This document shows positions 1-11,646 of a DNA stretch of 64,000 nucleotides, piece after piece. The stretch covers positions 2,914,001-2,978,000 of the forward strand of contig NC_134025.1 of assembly GCF_964204645.1 (NCBI RefSeq), given 5' to 3'. A program made the translations under genes and the position numbers. The stretch comes from Tubulanus polymorphus. Lineage: Eukaryota > Animalia > Nemertea. Every line of letters begins with the position of its first letter. The first letter of the stretch is position 1. The notes under the pieces were generated by a model. It saw only the letters and a program-made list of their open reading frames with translations, made no database searches and was not told the origin of the DNA.

Positions 1-49
1 TGGCCATCTAAAAAGCTGGCAAGTTCCTTCTCCGTGTTAATCATTCCAC

Positions 50-1155
50 TTTTTTAGGGGTGATATTGAGTTCAGGAGCCTCCTCCTTCCTTCTTCAACT
101 GTCATGTAGAAATGTGACAAACAAATTGAATTATCCTCCCGATGTCCAACCTGATGATCTCCTTTAATACTGCTGCTTGTTGGTTTTGGGGTGATATATC
201 GAGTTAAGGAGTCTCCTCCTTCCTTCTTCAACTGTCTGACAAACGAACTGAATTGTCAGTGTGTTACAACACTGATTGACTTCCTTTAATACTGCTGCTT
301 GCTGCTGGGTGTAAATTGATATGCTCTGTTTTGGGGTGATATTGAGTTCAGGAGTCTTCTCCTTCCTTCTTCAACTGTCACGTAGAAACGTGACAAACAA
401 ACTGAATTGTCAGTGTGTTACAACACTGATGACCTCTTTAATACTGCTGCTTGATGCTGGGTGAAAATTGCTCTGTTTTGGGGTGATATTGAGTTAAGGA
501 GTCTCCTCCTTCCTTCTTCAACTGTCATGTAGAAACGTGACAAACAAACTGCATAGTCAGTATGTTACAACACTGATGACCTCCCTTAATACTACTGCTT
601 GATGCTGGGTGAAAATTAAAACGCTCTGTTTTTAAAACGCTCTGTTTTTTCAACTGTCATGTAGAAACGTGACAAACAAACTGAATCGTCAGTGTGTTAC
701 AACACTGATGACCCCCTTTAATACTGCTGCTTGCTGGTGGTGTTAATCGATACACTCTGTTTTGGGTTGATATTGAGTTCAGGAGTCTTCTCCTTCCTTC
801 TTCAACTGTCATGTAGAAACGTGACAAACAAACTGCATAGTCAGTATGTTACAACACTGATGACCTCCCTTAATACTACTGCTTGATGCTGGGTGAAAAT
901 TAAAACGCTCTGTTTTGGGGTGGTATATTGAGTTACGGAGTCTTCTCCTTCCTTCTTCAACTGTCACGTAGAAACGTGACACAAACAAACTGCATCGTCA
1001 GTGTGTTACAACACTGATGGCCTCCTTCAATACTGCTGCTTGCTGGTGCATGTTAATTGAAACACTCTGTTTTGGGGTGATATTGAGTTAAGGAGTCTTC
1101 TCCTTCCTGCTTCAACTGTCACGTAGAAACGTGACAAACAAACTGAATTGTCACT
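50..1155. repeat. Tandem satellite, ~145-155 bp unit, ~7-8 diverged copies
   Basis: Recurrent unit TTTTGGGGTGATATTGAGTT..GGAGTCTTCTCCTTCCTTCTTCAACTGTCACGTAGAAACGTGACAAACAAACTG..TCAGTGTGTTACAACACTGATGACC..TAATACTGCTGCTTG. The TGTCA(C/T)GTAGAAA motif recurs near 100, 377, 523, 656, 807, 962 and 1117. Confidence 0.9.
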
Positions 1156-1419
1156 GTTTATATATTGTATCAGCAACTTATTATCACATTACGGAGTTGC
1201 GTTTTAAGACTGTTATATTCAAAGATGCTATTGCTTGATAGCCCTTGATAGCCTAGGTGTTAGATAGCCCTTGAATCAGCTAAACTGGGTCGGAGCATTT
1301 TATGAATGCCGATAAACTCTAAACCTGAGTTAATAAAACTTCAAAACATTGGAGCCAACTCTTGTCCATTATAGCCTATTAAGTGAAGATCGATCATCAT
1401 AAACACTGGTGAAAACAAT

Positions 1420-1495
1420 TGACGTCTCACTTTACACCTGACGTCTCACTTTGAACCTGGCGTCTCACTTTGCACCAGACGTCTCACTTTGCACT
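1420..1495. repeat. Minisatellite, 19-bp unit x4
   Basis: GACGTCTCACTTT(A/G)(C/A)ACC(T/A) repeated four times in tandem. Confidence 0.85.
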
Positions 1496-1859
1496 GATGC
1501 ATCCATGCACTAACGCACTTGCATGAAATGGCACTAAATACATAAAGACACAAATTGTGTTTATGTATTTTCAGGGTATACACATGCACACCCGCGGGTC
1601 CATGCGCATGGAAAAAACTTGATTAGCAAGTACAGCGCTATCTATCTTTGTTTGTGTGTGGATATAACTTGTGATAATGTTTCAGTGTTTGTCATTGAAA
1701 AGCATTAATTCTACAAACAATATTAGATACCCATTTTGTAGACAAAAATATAAAAGGTTAATGATTAATTGTAAAATGGAAAAAATGAAATGTGAAATTA
1801 TCAATGTCTAAAATAATATACCGTAGTGAAGATTAAGTCGCAGTGATTATAGAGAGATT

Positions 1860-3730
1860 AGAGCGTCAGATCAGCCAGATCAGTTGTACTGAGTTATCTC
1901 CCTCAAAGTCAGGAACAAAGTGACAAGAGTCACAGGGAAAGTACACAGTTCCAGAGGAATGTCGAGTCATAAGTCTGAACTGACTTTAAATCAGGTATGA
2001 TATTGAAATTGTATAAATCAATTTTCAAAGTCTCAAAATTGAAAATTATTCATATTTTGTGTTATCTTGTAGCAAATATTGAGAGGTTTACCACAGAACT
2101 GATTCTCACCAGAGATGAGACAATTACCAGGAATCAGTTAGATAAATGTCACCACTGAGATCAGTAGTACTGATTCATCTCCGTCAAAGTCAGCAACAGA
2201 GTTTCAGAGTCGCAAGGAAGGTTAATAGTTCCAGAGGAATGTCGAGTCATTAGTCTGAACTGACTATAAATGAGGTATATTAAGTTAGATCGACATGGAT
2301 TTCTTGTTGTTGGGAAAGTCTCAAACGTTATGATGGTCTGTTACATGATTTCTTGTAGCAAATCATTAGACATGCAATACCAAAGGAAGGATCAGTCATT
2401 GAACTGACTATAGATCAAAGTGTCAAAATCTAAATTTATTCATATTTTGTTTTCTTTTAGCTAATATTGAGAGGTTTACCACAGAACTGAGTGTCGTCAG
2501 AGATGAGAATATCACCAGTGAGATCAGTACAGAACTATGTCTATCCAAGTGGTAAGATCAGGGCGTCTCCAGTGAGATAAAGAGGATCACAAGTGAGATG
2601 AGATCAGTGGCGCTGTGCTGTATCTGCCTCTAAGTCAGGAACGAAATAACAATTAAGAGTCACACGTTAACAGTTCCAGCGGAACGTCGAGTCATTTGTC
2701 TGAACTGACAATAAATCAGGTACAATATTGAAATTATATAAAAATCTCAAAAATTGAAAATTGCCGGTATTCATATTTTGTGTTTTCTTGTAGCAAATAT
2801 TGAGAGAACTGAGTCCCTATAGATGAGACAATCACCAGGCATCAGATCAGTTAGATGAATGTCACCGCTGAGATCAGTAGTACTGAGTTATCTGCCTTAG
2901 TCAACAACAAAGTAGTGTCGCAAAGTGAACAGTTGCAAAGGAAGGTCGAGTCATTAGTCTGAACTGACTTTAAATCAGGTATAATTTTGAAATTACATGA
3001 GTCGATTTTCAAATCTGACATTATTCAAAAATTATTCATATTTTGAGTTTTTGTGTTGTAAGTAGGAAATATCTAAAGATGTTATGTTACTACAAGATGG
3101 AAAAATACCTGCAGGAATTTACATGAATATTCTTCCAAAGTTGAAAGAATGAAAGAATGGATGAGTCATGAATCTGAACAGACTATAAATCAGGTATATT
3201 GTAATAGAAAAACGACTTGAAATGTTTTATTGATTGTTTAAAATATCCTTTAATTTTTGTTTGATTTGACTTCTAGGTGAAAAAATGTGTGATACATCTA
3301 ATTTAATAATAAGATGGCGCCTGTTAATCATTTGAGAACTCTAATGCGTTTCTGGAACTTAAGAGAACTCTAATGCATTCCTGGAACTAAGAGAACTCTA
3401 ATGCATTCCTGGAACTAAGAGAACTCTAACGCGTTGCTGGAACTTTGAGATGCGTTGCTGGAACTTCGAGATGCGTTGCTGAAACTTGGGAGAACTCTAA
3501 TGCGTTGCTAGAACTTGGGAGAACTCTAATGCGTTACTGGAACTTGGTGAACTCTAATGCGTTGCTCGAACTTGGAGAACTCTTTATGCGTTGCTGGAAC
3601 TTGGACAACTCTTCTGCGTGTTAAGACTTTGAGAATTCTTGTGTGTGCAACTGACCGTGTGTATGAACGTATGTGTTCAATTTGAGATTTATTTTGATTT
3701 ATTTATTTATTTATTTTGATTTAAATAAAA
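1860..3730 (+). pseudogene. Tandemly duplicated exon-intron cassette (putative spliced lncRNA or decayed repeat-protein gene)
   Basis: Repeated exon end GAGTCAT(T/A)AGTCTGAACTGACT(A/T)TAAAT(C/G)AG|GT at 1995, 2275, 2720, 2979 and 3194. Repeated acceptors (T-rich)TAG|CAAATATTGAGAG-like at 2072, 2358, 2460, 2793 and 3065. Final acceptor at 3276 and AATAAA at 3724. Reading frames contain stops. Confidence 0.5.
3334..3640. repeat. Minisatellite, ~29-31 bp unit, ~10 copies
   Basis: GAGAACTCTAATGCGTTGCTGGAACTTG(G) repeated in tandem with internal deletions. Confidence 0.9.
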
Positions 3731-4583
3731 CAAGTTAGAATATCTTAGATCGTTTCTAAAGAATTGTTGATGATGTTTTGAGGTCGAACTGAAATGCAGC
3801 GCAGTCAGTTCCGTAGTGTGTTTGAATATCGACATGACATGATGACAGACCTTTTCTTCGTGTTGACTTCTGTCGGTGTTGGTTAATTACAATGCATTTT
3901 AACTCGTTTGTTTTTGTAAATACCATATTTATTTCTATGAAATGACATGATCGATTCGTAGAGGAGCTGTATTCTCAACTTGGTGTAGAATAGTAAAACG
4001 AGGTGGAAAGTACTTACGTAACCAGTTTATCTTGTCTTTTATTTGTTACATTGATGTATTATATTGATTTTGTGGTGCTTAATTGATTTAAGGGCTTGTG
4101 ATTGGTGTTTGATAATTGGTTGTTTACATGTAAATACATATTGAACTATTAATCACAACAACTAAAACCTATTCGTGGTTTAGTTGTTCACTACAAATTG
4201 TTTTTGTTATTTTTCTGTGATCTACAGTTGACTCAGCTCTCAGCTCTTAACTCGAATCACACTAATCAATTAGGCCTATAGTATTGACTCAGACTCAGAC
4301 ACTTTCAAACTCAATCTATTGTCTGTACAATCACCTGTACTCACTTGTATTAATTGATTTTAGTTAGAACTCGGTCTACTCATGCACATTTAAACTTGAT
4401 AGTCCCTGAGATTATATTTTCCATTTTATTGATACATTAGCTGTAATGATAGAAAACTACAGTACAGGGGCGGATCTAGGGAGTGAGGGTGGCTAGCCAT
4501 CCTCTCTAATGCATTACGAAAAATTTAAAAGGGGCTTTTTCGTTTAAATAGCTCATCATCACAGCAGTTGCAAGCATGTCTAA

Positions 4584-4757
4584 GGCTAGAGAAATGGATT
4601 TGAAACGTTGTTTCTCCGCTCTGCCGAGCTTAAAAGTAGACCCGGCCGGCCGCCTATCTACCCTGTCCCTGTACATTACTTATAACAGACCCGGTCGCTA
4701 TAGAAATGAACTGTTTACAAATGTTATCATATTTTACAAATATGACCCAGCCGAGCT
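4584..4757. mobile_element. Partial copy of PIF/Harbinger-like MITE (same family as 8068-8289, opposite orientation)
   Basis: TTGTTTCTCCGCTCTGCCGAGCTTAAAAGTAGACCCGGCCGGCCGCCTATCTACCCT...ATAACAGACCCGGTCGCTATAGAAATGAACTGTTTA matches the reverse complement of 8100-8270. Confidence 0.8.
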
Positions 4758-4999
4758 ATAAGGCCATATTTTTCGTTCACAGCCATTCCGCTACGTAGGC
4801 CGTGGGCCTGCATTAGTCGTCAATTTTCTCAATCATAATTATCTGAATTTTTTACCAATCTGTCTCAAAAAATTCCCAAAACCAGTACCATGACAAATTG
4901 TAAATAATGAATAACAAATGTTTGAGAAATGACCTAAGTTTTCCCCCAATCAATCGTGCGGGTATCTCATAATTATCAACACCTCATCCTGGCCACGGC

Positions 5000-5112
5000 T
5001 AGTCAGTAACCTGTCTGTGGTTTAGTTTCACGATCGGATATTTTCACAAACCACATTGGTGTAAGCCATCCGATTATAAAAAGCTAGCCACCAACGATTA
5101 GGTAACTAACTA
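5000..5112. mobile_element. MITE with TAGTYAGTWACC TIRs and perfect 9-bp TSD (Mutator-like by TSD length)
   Basis: TAGTCAGTAACC...GGTAACTAACTA flanked by GGCCACGGC on both sides (4991-4999 and 5113-5121). A second copy is at 11528-11646. Confidence 0.85.
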
Positions 5113-5949
5113 GGCCACGGCATGACCATTGGAACGTTTCTTATCATCACCCCCTCCCCTATGAAAAATCCTTGATCCGGCCACGTAGTGTCAGTCACCT
5201 TACCCCAGACCTGCTGGATTACATACAACGTAATTAGAAGATCGATAATAGAGAGCAGATTGATACAGCTGTTTGAAGTGTGTGTATTTTACAAGTAACA
5301 ACATAGTATTATCTTTGACAAACAGGAAAATGCATTGCGTTAGAAATAAATTAATCTAAAAGAGGAACATGATACGTAGTAGTGTCTAGAGTTGAGACAG
5401 TTGAGTGTGTTAGTGGAGCCGCAAAGGCTTTTCTCCCCCGAACTGCACGCGTTAAATGGCTCGCGGCCATCCTGCACAGACATCTGCCTTAAATCAACTT
5501 AAAGAATATAGTGTCCTTCCACAATATACTAGATTTTCAGGAATCCTCAGGTTTTAGTTTTAGAGAAATTTGATTTTGAAGTTTAATTTTTAAATACCGC
5601 GACGATGCAATCGTGTATTCAAATAACGCGTATTTTAACTATGATCAAATCAATGCACAGACATCTGCTTTACATACATCTGCGTTGAAATACGCATTTT
5701 TTACTATGAACAAATCAAGAAGTATGCTTTGAAAATTAACTTGAAGAATAGCTAGATTTTCGTCAAATGCTCCATTTTCAAGAATATTCTGGCTTTAGTT
5801 TTAGTGAAATTTGATCATTCATTAGATTTTGCGCGCCATGACATCGCGTAGGCCTAGCTATTAAGTAATAATACCAAATTGAACAATATGGTGTCTCCCC
5901 GTTCGGAATATTAATTTTCAGGTAGCCTTTTGTTTTACTTATAGACATA

Positions 5950-6476
5950 TTTGAAATTGAAATTTATTTTCATTACGATGTTACATTATTGAAGGATATA
6001 ATAAGTATGATTAGACGAAGAAAAATGTAACAGGATAATGGGGCTACACGGAGAGACTGAAACAGTCTATCTAAGCCGTATCACCCAGAAGCATCCACAC
6101 CACATTCATCACACTCACACATCATGCACACAAGTAATTAACAGGCGAAAAGAAAAAAAAGTTTCACATATTTACACATTAACATAGGTTTGTATAGAAT
6201 GAAAATTTACAAAGTGTTGAATAATGATTTAATCTAGGTACGCTTAAAGGCAGGTTCGCTTTGAATAGTTTGAATTGATTCTGATAGAGTATTCCATAAT
6301 AGGGGACCGGATATTTTGACAGAAGATTTTCTAGTTACAGTTCTAAAATAAGGCAATCTAATTCTAAATCTATTTGAATTTAAAATAACGCACCCTGTCA
6401 CGCAATCGTACTGAAATGCATATTGATGCAAGATACATTTCGATGAGAATCTATGAAATTTACGAAAATCATTCAT
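5950..6476 (-). mobile_element. 3' fragment of a non-LTR retrotransposon (CR1/L2-like ORF2 C-terminus plus 3' UTR and tail)
   Basis: Minus-strand peptide IRLPYFRTVTRKSSVKISGPLLWNTLSESIQTIQSEPAFKRT resembles the typical LINE ORF2 C-terminal GPxLWNxL motif. It is followed by a stem-loop and an AATAAATTTCAATTTCAA-type tail at ~5950-5970. Confidence 0.7.
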
Positions 6477-6763
6477 ATTTTAATTAAACAATAATGAATT
6501 ATATAAAACAATTATTGAGCTCTCTACTGCCCCCGGTGACTTCATTGAATGATCGTCGTTTCGTCAGGTCAAAGCGTTAGGTTATACATTTCACATCAAC
6601 CAGTATCTACATGCAGCCGTTCAGTGTGTGTACATTATGTCTGAATACGAGGCTGGAATAACAAGTTCACTTCACCATAGTTCCAGGAAGTGGATGGCCT
6701 GAATGGATTTCCTTCATAAAAGTTCTTTTTAAAGATCAATTTTAGACCCCTCAATCGTAAAAA

Positions 6764-9700
6764 ATGACCACAACGTTACCATCGACCATAAAAGAGGTAA
6801 AAGCCTCGTCAATTTCTTAAATGATATGAACTGCATGCCAATAATACCATATGAAGAAAACCCCAAAAAAAGACAAAAGTTCGAAAATAATTTCTGACTT
6901 CGATATTTTCATTCATTTCCAGGTTGTAAAACTGCTCAGTCTAGGCTACACAACGCCCAATGAAATATGCAAACAATGTATAAAACGAATGAAGAGTTTG
7001 AATGAACTAAATGCATTTATAACAGAGACCCATGACGTGGCGTTGAGACAAGCTGAAATATCCACTCGGCGCATAACAACCAGTGCAAGTAAGTTCATCT
7101 ACACATTATAAAAGCAAATGACCATTCATTTCTGTCAATCATTCTTAACTCTTTTTTTTCAGAAAAACCTGTTGGTTTATTAGATGGCATTCCGATAGCG
7201 ATTAAAGATAATTTCAATTCTTACGGTATTCAAACAACATGTGCGTCGCGAATGCTAGCTGGTTATATTCCTCCTTATAATGCTACTGTTGTCAATAAGC
7301 TGCTAGATGCAGGAGCTGTCATCGTGGGAAAAACTAATATGGATGAGTTCGCCATGGGGTGAGTTCAAACTACTATTTTTGATGACAAATTATCTCATTT
7401 TTGGTAAGATCATTTGGTCTGAACAGAACATTGTAGTTGTAGCAAGTACAGCCTCAAGGCTGGGGCCATTACTAGCACTTTACTGTACACTAACTGTTAA
7501 TTATTCAATCAATTTGATAATGATAATGTTGATTACGTGTTTTATTTTATTGTATTATGTTAAAACGAGATCATCGCTGAATTAATATTTAGGTGTGGGT
7601 CAACTGACTCGTATTATGGACCTGTTCGCAATCCATGGCTTTACTCGCGTGGTGAAAACAATCAGTCGGCAGATTGGCGTGTAGCTGGTGGCAGTTCTGG
7701 TGGCAGTGCGGTTGCAGTCGCTACTGGAATGTGTTTCGCGTAAGTCGCCTCCTTCGATGCTTCAATTTTGATTATAGATATTTGGCTAGCTATGGATTAT
7801 TTAAAGCAGATGATTATATATATGTTTAGTTCGATAGGATCTGATACCGGTGGTTCTACGAGATTACCGGCCGCTCTGTGTGGCGTAGTCGGGCTCAAAC
7901 CTTCGTACGGTCTAGTATCTCGACATGGTCTTATTCCGCTTGTAAACTCATTAGATGTACCGGGAATCTTTGCTCAATGCGTAGATGATGCTGCTATTAT
8001 TTTGAGTAAGTATATGTAAGTATGTGATACGAAATTCAGGGGTTTACGATATGTAATAAGTATGTAAGGCTAAACAAAAATGATACCTTGTTTCTCCGCA
8101 GTGGCCGGGTCATTTTTGTAAAATGTGATAAAATTTATAAACAGTTCATTTCTATAGCGGCCGGGTCTGTTATGGTAAAATTGATCGCGATTTTAAAAAA
8201 AAGTAATGTATAGGGTAGATAGGCGGCCGGCCGGGTCAACATTTAAGCTCAGCAGAGCGGAGAAACAAGGTATCAATTTTTTTTTGGCCTAATTAGATAT
8301 TTTTGGGGGCACTGAGATTAGTCAGTTATTTGAGATGATATGTAATAAGAAAGATTGTTTTCTGTTTCGTAGATACAATTGCTGGTCACGATCACCTCGA
8401 TTCGACAACTGTTAGTGATACGTTTAAAAATATTGAACTTCCTGATGAAATTGACATCTCAAAGTTCCATATCGGAATTCCAAAAGTAAATCGCAAATCC
8501 CGTTAAGGCATTTGAACATTTTGAAGATGCATATTATGATTACCAGTGGGTTGTTATTCATTGTAGGAATACCACGTCGCCGGTCTTTCGAAGGATGTGT
8601 TAAATGCTTGGAGAAGGGCGGCGGATCAGTTTGAAAATGCCGGCGCGAGAGTATCTGAAGTATCGTTACCTCATACGGAGTACGCTCTACCGTGTTACTC
8701 AGTTTTATCTACCTGTGAAATAGCATCAAATATGGCACGTTTTGACGGAATCGAATATGGTGAGTGTAAAATATGCGATTACAGTATCATCATTTACAGG
8801 GTCCCTTTGACTCCTTGATTACTTAAAAACTCCTTCAAAATGGAAAATCCTTTTAAAGGTGGTTATACAGTAGACTACGCTGGTACCCCTTAATGGGAGC
8901 TGGAATTTTTTACCCAATTAGGTGGTTACCAAATTGGAAACCGAGTTTAGGTAGTGTAAAGGATAACGATATGCTTATAATACCACCAGTTAATTGCTTA
9001 CCGAGATGAACAGTACCGATTGAGGAGGAGTCCACAGTAATTGGGATACGAAAGTGATCCAGATACTTCTCGATACGTATTTAAAATATTCTGTTTTAAA
9101 ACCCCTTGAAAATTTATCCAGAAATGACTGATCTGTACGACCTTGATTGAAGATGCAAAATATTTCCAATTTATTTGTATTTGTCATCTGTTTAATTAAG
9201 GTCATCGTGCCGATGTATCGGATTCAACTGATGCTCTTTATGCTGCCAGTAGACACGAGGCTTTCAATGAAGTTATACGTGGACGCATCCTAGCTGGAAA
9301 CTATTTCTTACTAAAAGCGTAAATATATCGTGCATACATCGATACGTGTTTCCCATCGATATCTCATTCTCTGTTGATACAAACTTTCTTTTCGTTTATA
9401 GAAACTATGAGAAATATTTCATGCATGCCATGAAAATTAGGAAATTGATATCAGAAGATTTTAAGAATGCATTTAATAGTGGAATTAATGTATTATTAAC
9501 TCCGACATCGCTCGATGAAGCAACAATTTATAAAGATTTTATCAGTAAAGATAGTCGCACACAAACTGCTGAACTCGATGTATTCACTCAAGCTGCTAAT
9601 TTATCAGGTAACAATGTGAACCCAGTTCCAGTGAATTTAGACTAGAAATGATAATTGAAAATGAATTCTTGGGTCAAACTTAACATGGATTGTTCTCAAT

Positions 9701-9927
9701 GATTTTCAATTAGTAATTGAAGAATTTATGAATTATTTGCAAAAATCTATTTTCTAGGAATTCCAGCCATATCAGTTCCGACTTGCCTATCATCAAATTC
9801 TCTACCAGTTGGACTACAGCTGATGGGACCGCTTTATAAAGAAAAACATCTATTGACAGCGGCTAAATGGTTAGAACAGCAAGCAAATGCTCCGAGACTG
9901 AACATTTCTGAACAATTTGGACTTTGA
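6764..9927 (+). CDS. QRSL1: Glutamyl-tRNA(Gln) amidotransferase subunit A, mitochondrial (GatA, amidase signature)
   Basis: 10 GT-AG exons: 6764-6796, 6923-7088, 7163-7358, 7593-7739, 7830-8005, 8373-8485, 8567-8759, 9201-9318, 9402-9607, 9758-9927 (1518 nt, 505 aa). Motifs [70 protein letters not shown]. Confidence 0.96.
8068..8289. mobile_element. PIF/Harbinger-like MITE in QRSL1 intron 5
   Basis: TIRs GGCTAAACAAAAATGATACCTTGTTTCTCCGC / GCGGAGAAACAAGGTATCAATTTTTTTTTGGCC, flanked by a TAA duplication (8065-8067 and 8290-8292). Confidence 0.85.
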
Positions 9928-10173
9928 TCGACTTTGAACATGTGTTTAACACAAACTACTGACGTTTTGAAGACAACTTCAACAATATCATTTAGTGATC
10001 GTTATGGATAGTCGAATTTTTTATCATGTTATTTGCTGTATTTTATTTGATTGTGAGAATAGTCGTTATTTGAAAATAAAATAGATGATTTTGATATTGT
10101 TCAAATGCATGTGTGTTAAATTTGTTATCGTAATGTGCTGCCGCCTAGGTGCGAATGTTTAAACTATTTCGTT

Positions 10174-10793
10174 ATGGAGAATGAGGAAGTGAAATTTGCT
10201 GATGGTATGGATGATAGCGAATATCATGAAAAGATTCTTGTTGTTGAAGTATCTGAAGCTATAAAGGAAATCAAATTCGCTGTTGAACATGTGGAGATGT
10301 CAAAAAAGTTACCGTCAACGGAACAAACTGTTTATTTCAATATGAAAACGAAGGAAAAAGATGAATTTTGTGTTGAATTATCAGTTCAAGGTTTTCGGGT
10401 AAGAAATAACTAAGTTGTTTCTTCTCAAGTGTTTGTAATAGTTCAATGAAGTGAAAATTCTTGGATTTGATTTGGTTTAATACGAGACCAATGAAGGTGC
10501 TATTCTGAGAAAGAAGATTTCTTGGACTTAATCCATTCAATTTGATAAATATGCCATGTATTATCAATAACACATGTGTGTACAGCAGTTAAGTGTAATT
10601 GATATTTTTATAGATTGCTGGTAAAGAGTTTGATATAATCGATGACTACAAATCCAGATATTATGAAACAATTTATGCGTTACTGGATCATGTAAGTCCT
10701 GGTTATAGAAATACATTCGGCGATGCACTGACTGCTAAATTAAACATACTAAAGGACAAAACAGATACAAACTCTTCACAGGATGATAGATAA
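10174..10793 (+). CDS. GSKIP: GSK3-beta interaction protein (DUF727)
   Basis: Exons 10174-10398 and 10614-10793 (134 aa). Sequences VYFNMKTKEKDEFCVELSVQGFRIAG and YYETIYALLDHVSPGYRNTFGDALTAKL match the GSKIP family signature. Confidence 0.92.
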
Positions 10794-11527
10794 CACTCAA
10801 TCTATTTAACATTGAATTTTGAAAAAGGTAAGCAATTAATGCAGTCAGAAAAATTCAGCCCCTACTTGTAACTTTAGATAATATGTTAATTCAAATGTTA
10901 TAATTTTTCAGAATTGTGCCAAGATACATTTGAAGTGAATGTCTGTGATGTTTGTAATACAACAGAGTATTTTAGAATATTGTCAATATCATCGAAATCT
11001 GAGTGGTTGAATCGGAAATCAATTTACATATTTTGAATTCAAATCCTTGGTGCGATAGATTTCTGTGTTTAATTTTGAGGGTTTTTATGATTAAGGCAGC
11101 TAGGGTTTAAGCACTTCTAGGGCTATATATATATATATATTTTCATTATGTAATGGTTGTAACTGAGATTCTGTCTCATTGTTTTAAAAGGTTGTGGATT
11201 TTTATAGATACTCTCCTGGTTCACTTACAATTATTGCTTGTATTTGTTGAACTACGGTAAGAATTTTAAAAGATGTATATATTTACTGATACACTCGTAA
11301 GTTAGCAGTATTATTTTTAAAGCTTATTTCCTCTATACACCGCCAGGTTTATTCTGTAGGCTTGCCTCAAGTTAAATCTTTTGAACCATTAGATTCCCTC
11401 AAATTCGAAATTAGATTGTCAGATTCAAATTGTCTATCATATTATTATAATCCATGCTATTTGAAATGCATTTTATTGAGTAATAAAAAAAATTATGATT
11501 CTATTAATTGATTGGTTCTCTTTTGCC

Positions 11528-11646
11528 TAGTCAGTAACCCGACTGCGGTTTAGTTTCACGATCGCACATTTTCACAAACCACATCCTGTTGGTATAAGCC
11601 CATCTGATTTTAAAAAGCTTACCGCCAACGATTAGGTAACTAACTA
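11528..11646. mobile_element. Second copy of the TAGTYAGTWACC MITE with 9-bp TSD
   Basis: High similarity to 5000-5112. Flanks are TCTTTTGCC / TCTTTTACC (one mismatch). Confidence 0.85.

Larger units (their letters stand above)
4465..5185. mobile_element. Degenerate non-autonomous DNA transposon (CAGGGGCGGATC-type TIR) hosting nested MITEs
   Basis: Left end CAGGGGCGGATCTAGGG at 4465 and degenerate right end CCTTGATCCGGCCACG at ~5170-5185. Two other MITE families lie between them. Confidence 0.45.

Noticed and set aside
405-470. Hammerhead ribozyme in the ~150-bp satellite (GTC..hairpin..CTGATGA..GAAA)
   Set aside because: The core words appear in the right order, but the closing pairs of stems I, II and III do not form, and GAAA is missing in several units.
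50-3640. Repeat arrays as CRISPR or as repeat-protein ORFs (e.g. ORF 37..231)
   Set aside because: Eukaryotic context, no unique spacers or cas genes, and the satellite frames I translated hit stop codons.
6611-6661. Upstream ATG as QRSL1 start
   Set aside because: It closes after 16 codons. The ATG at 6764 splices in frame and matches the expected GatA N-terminus.
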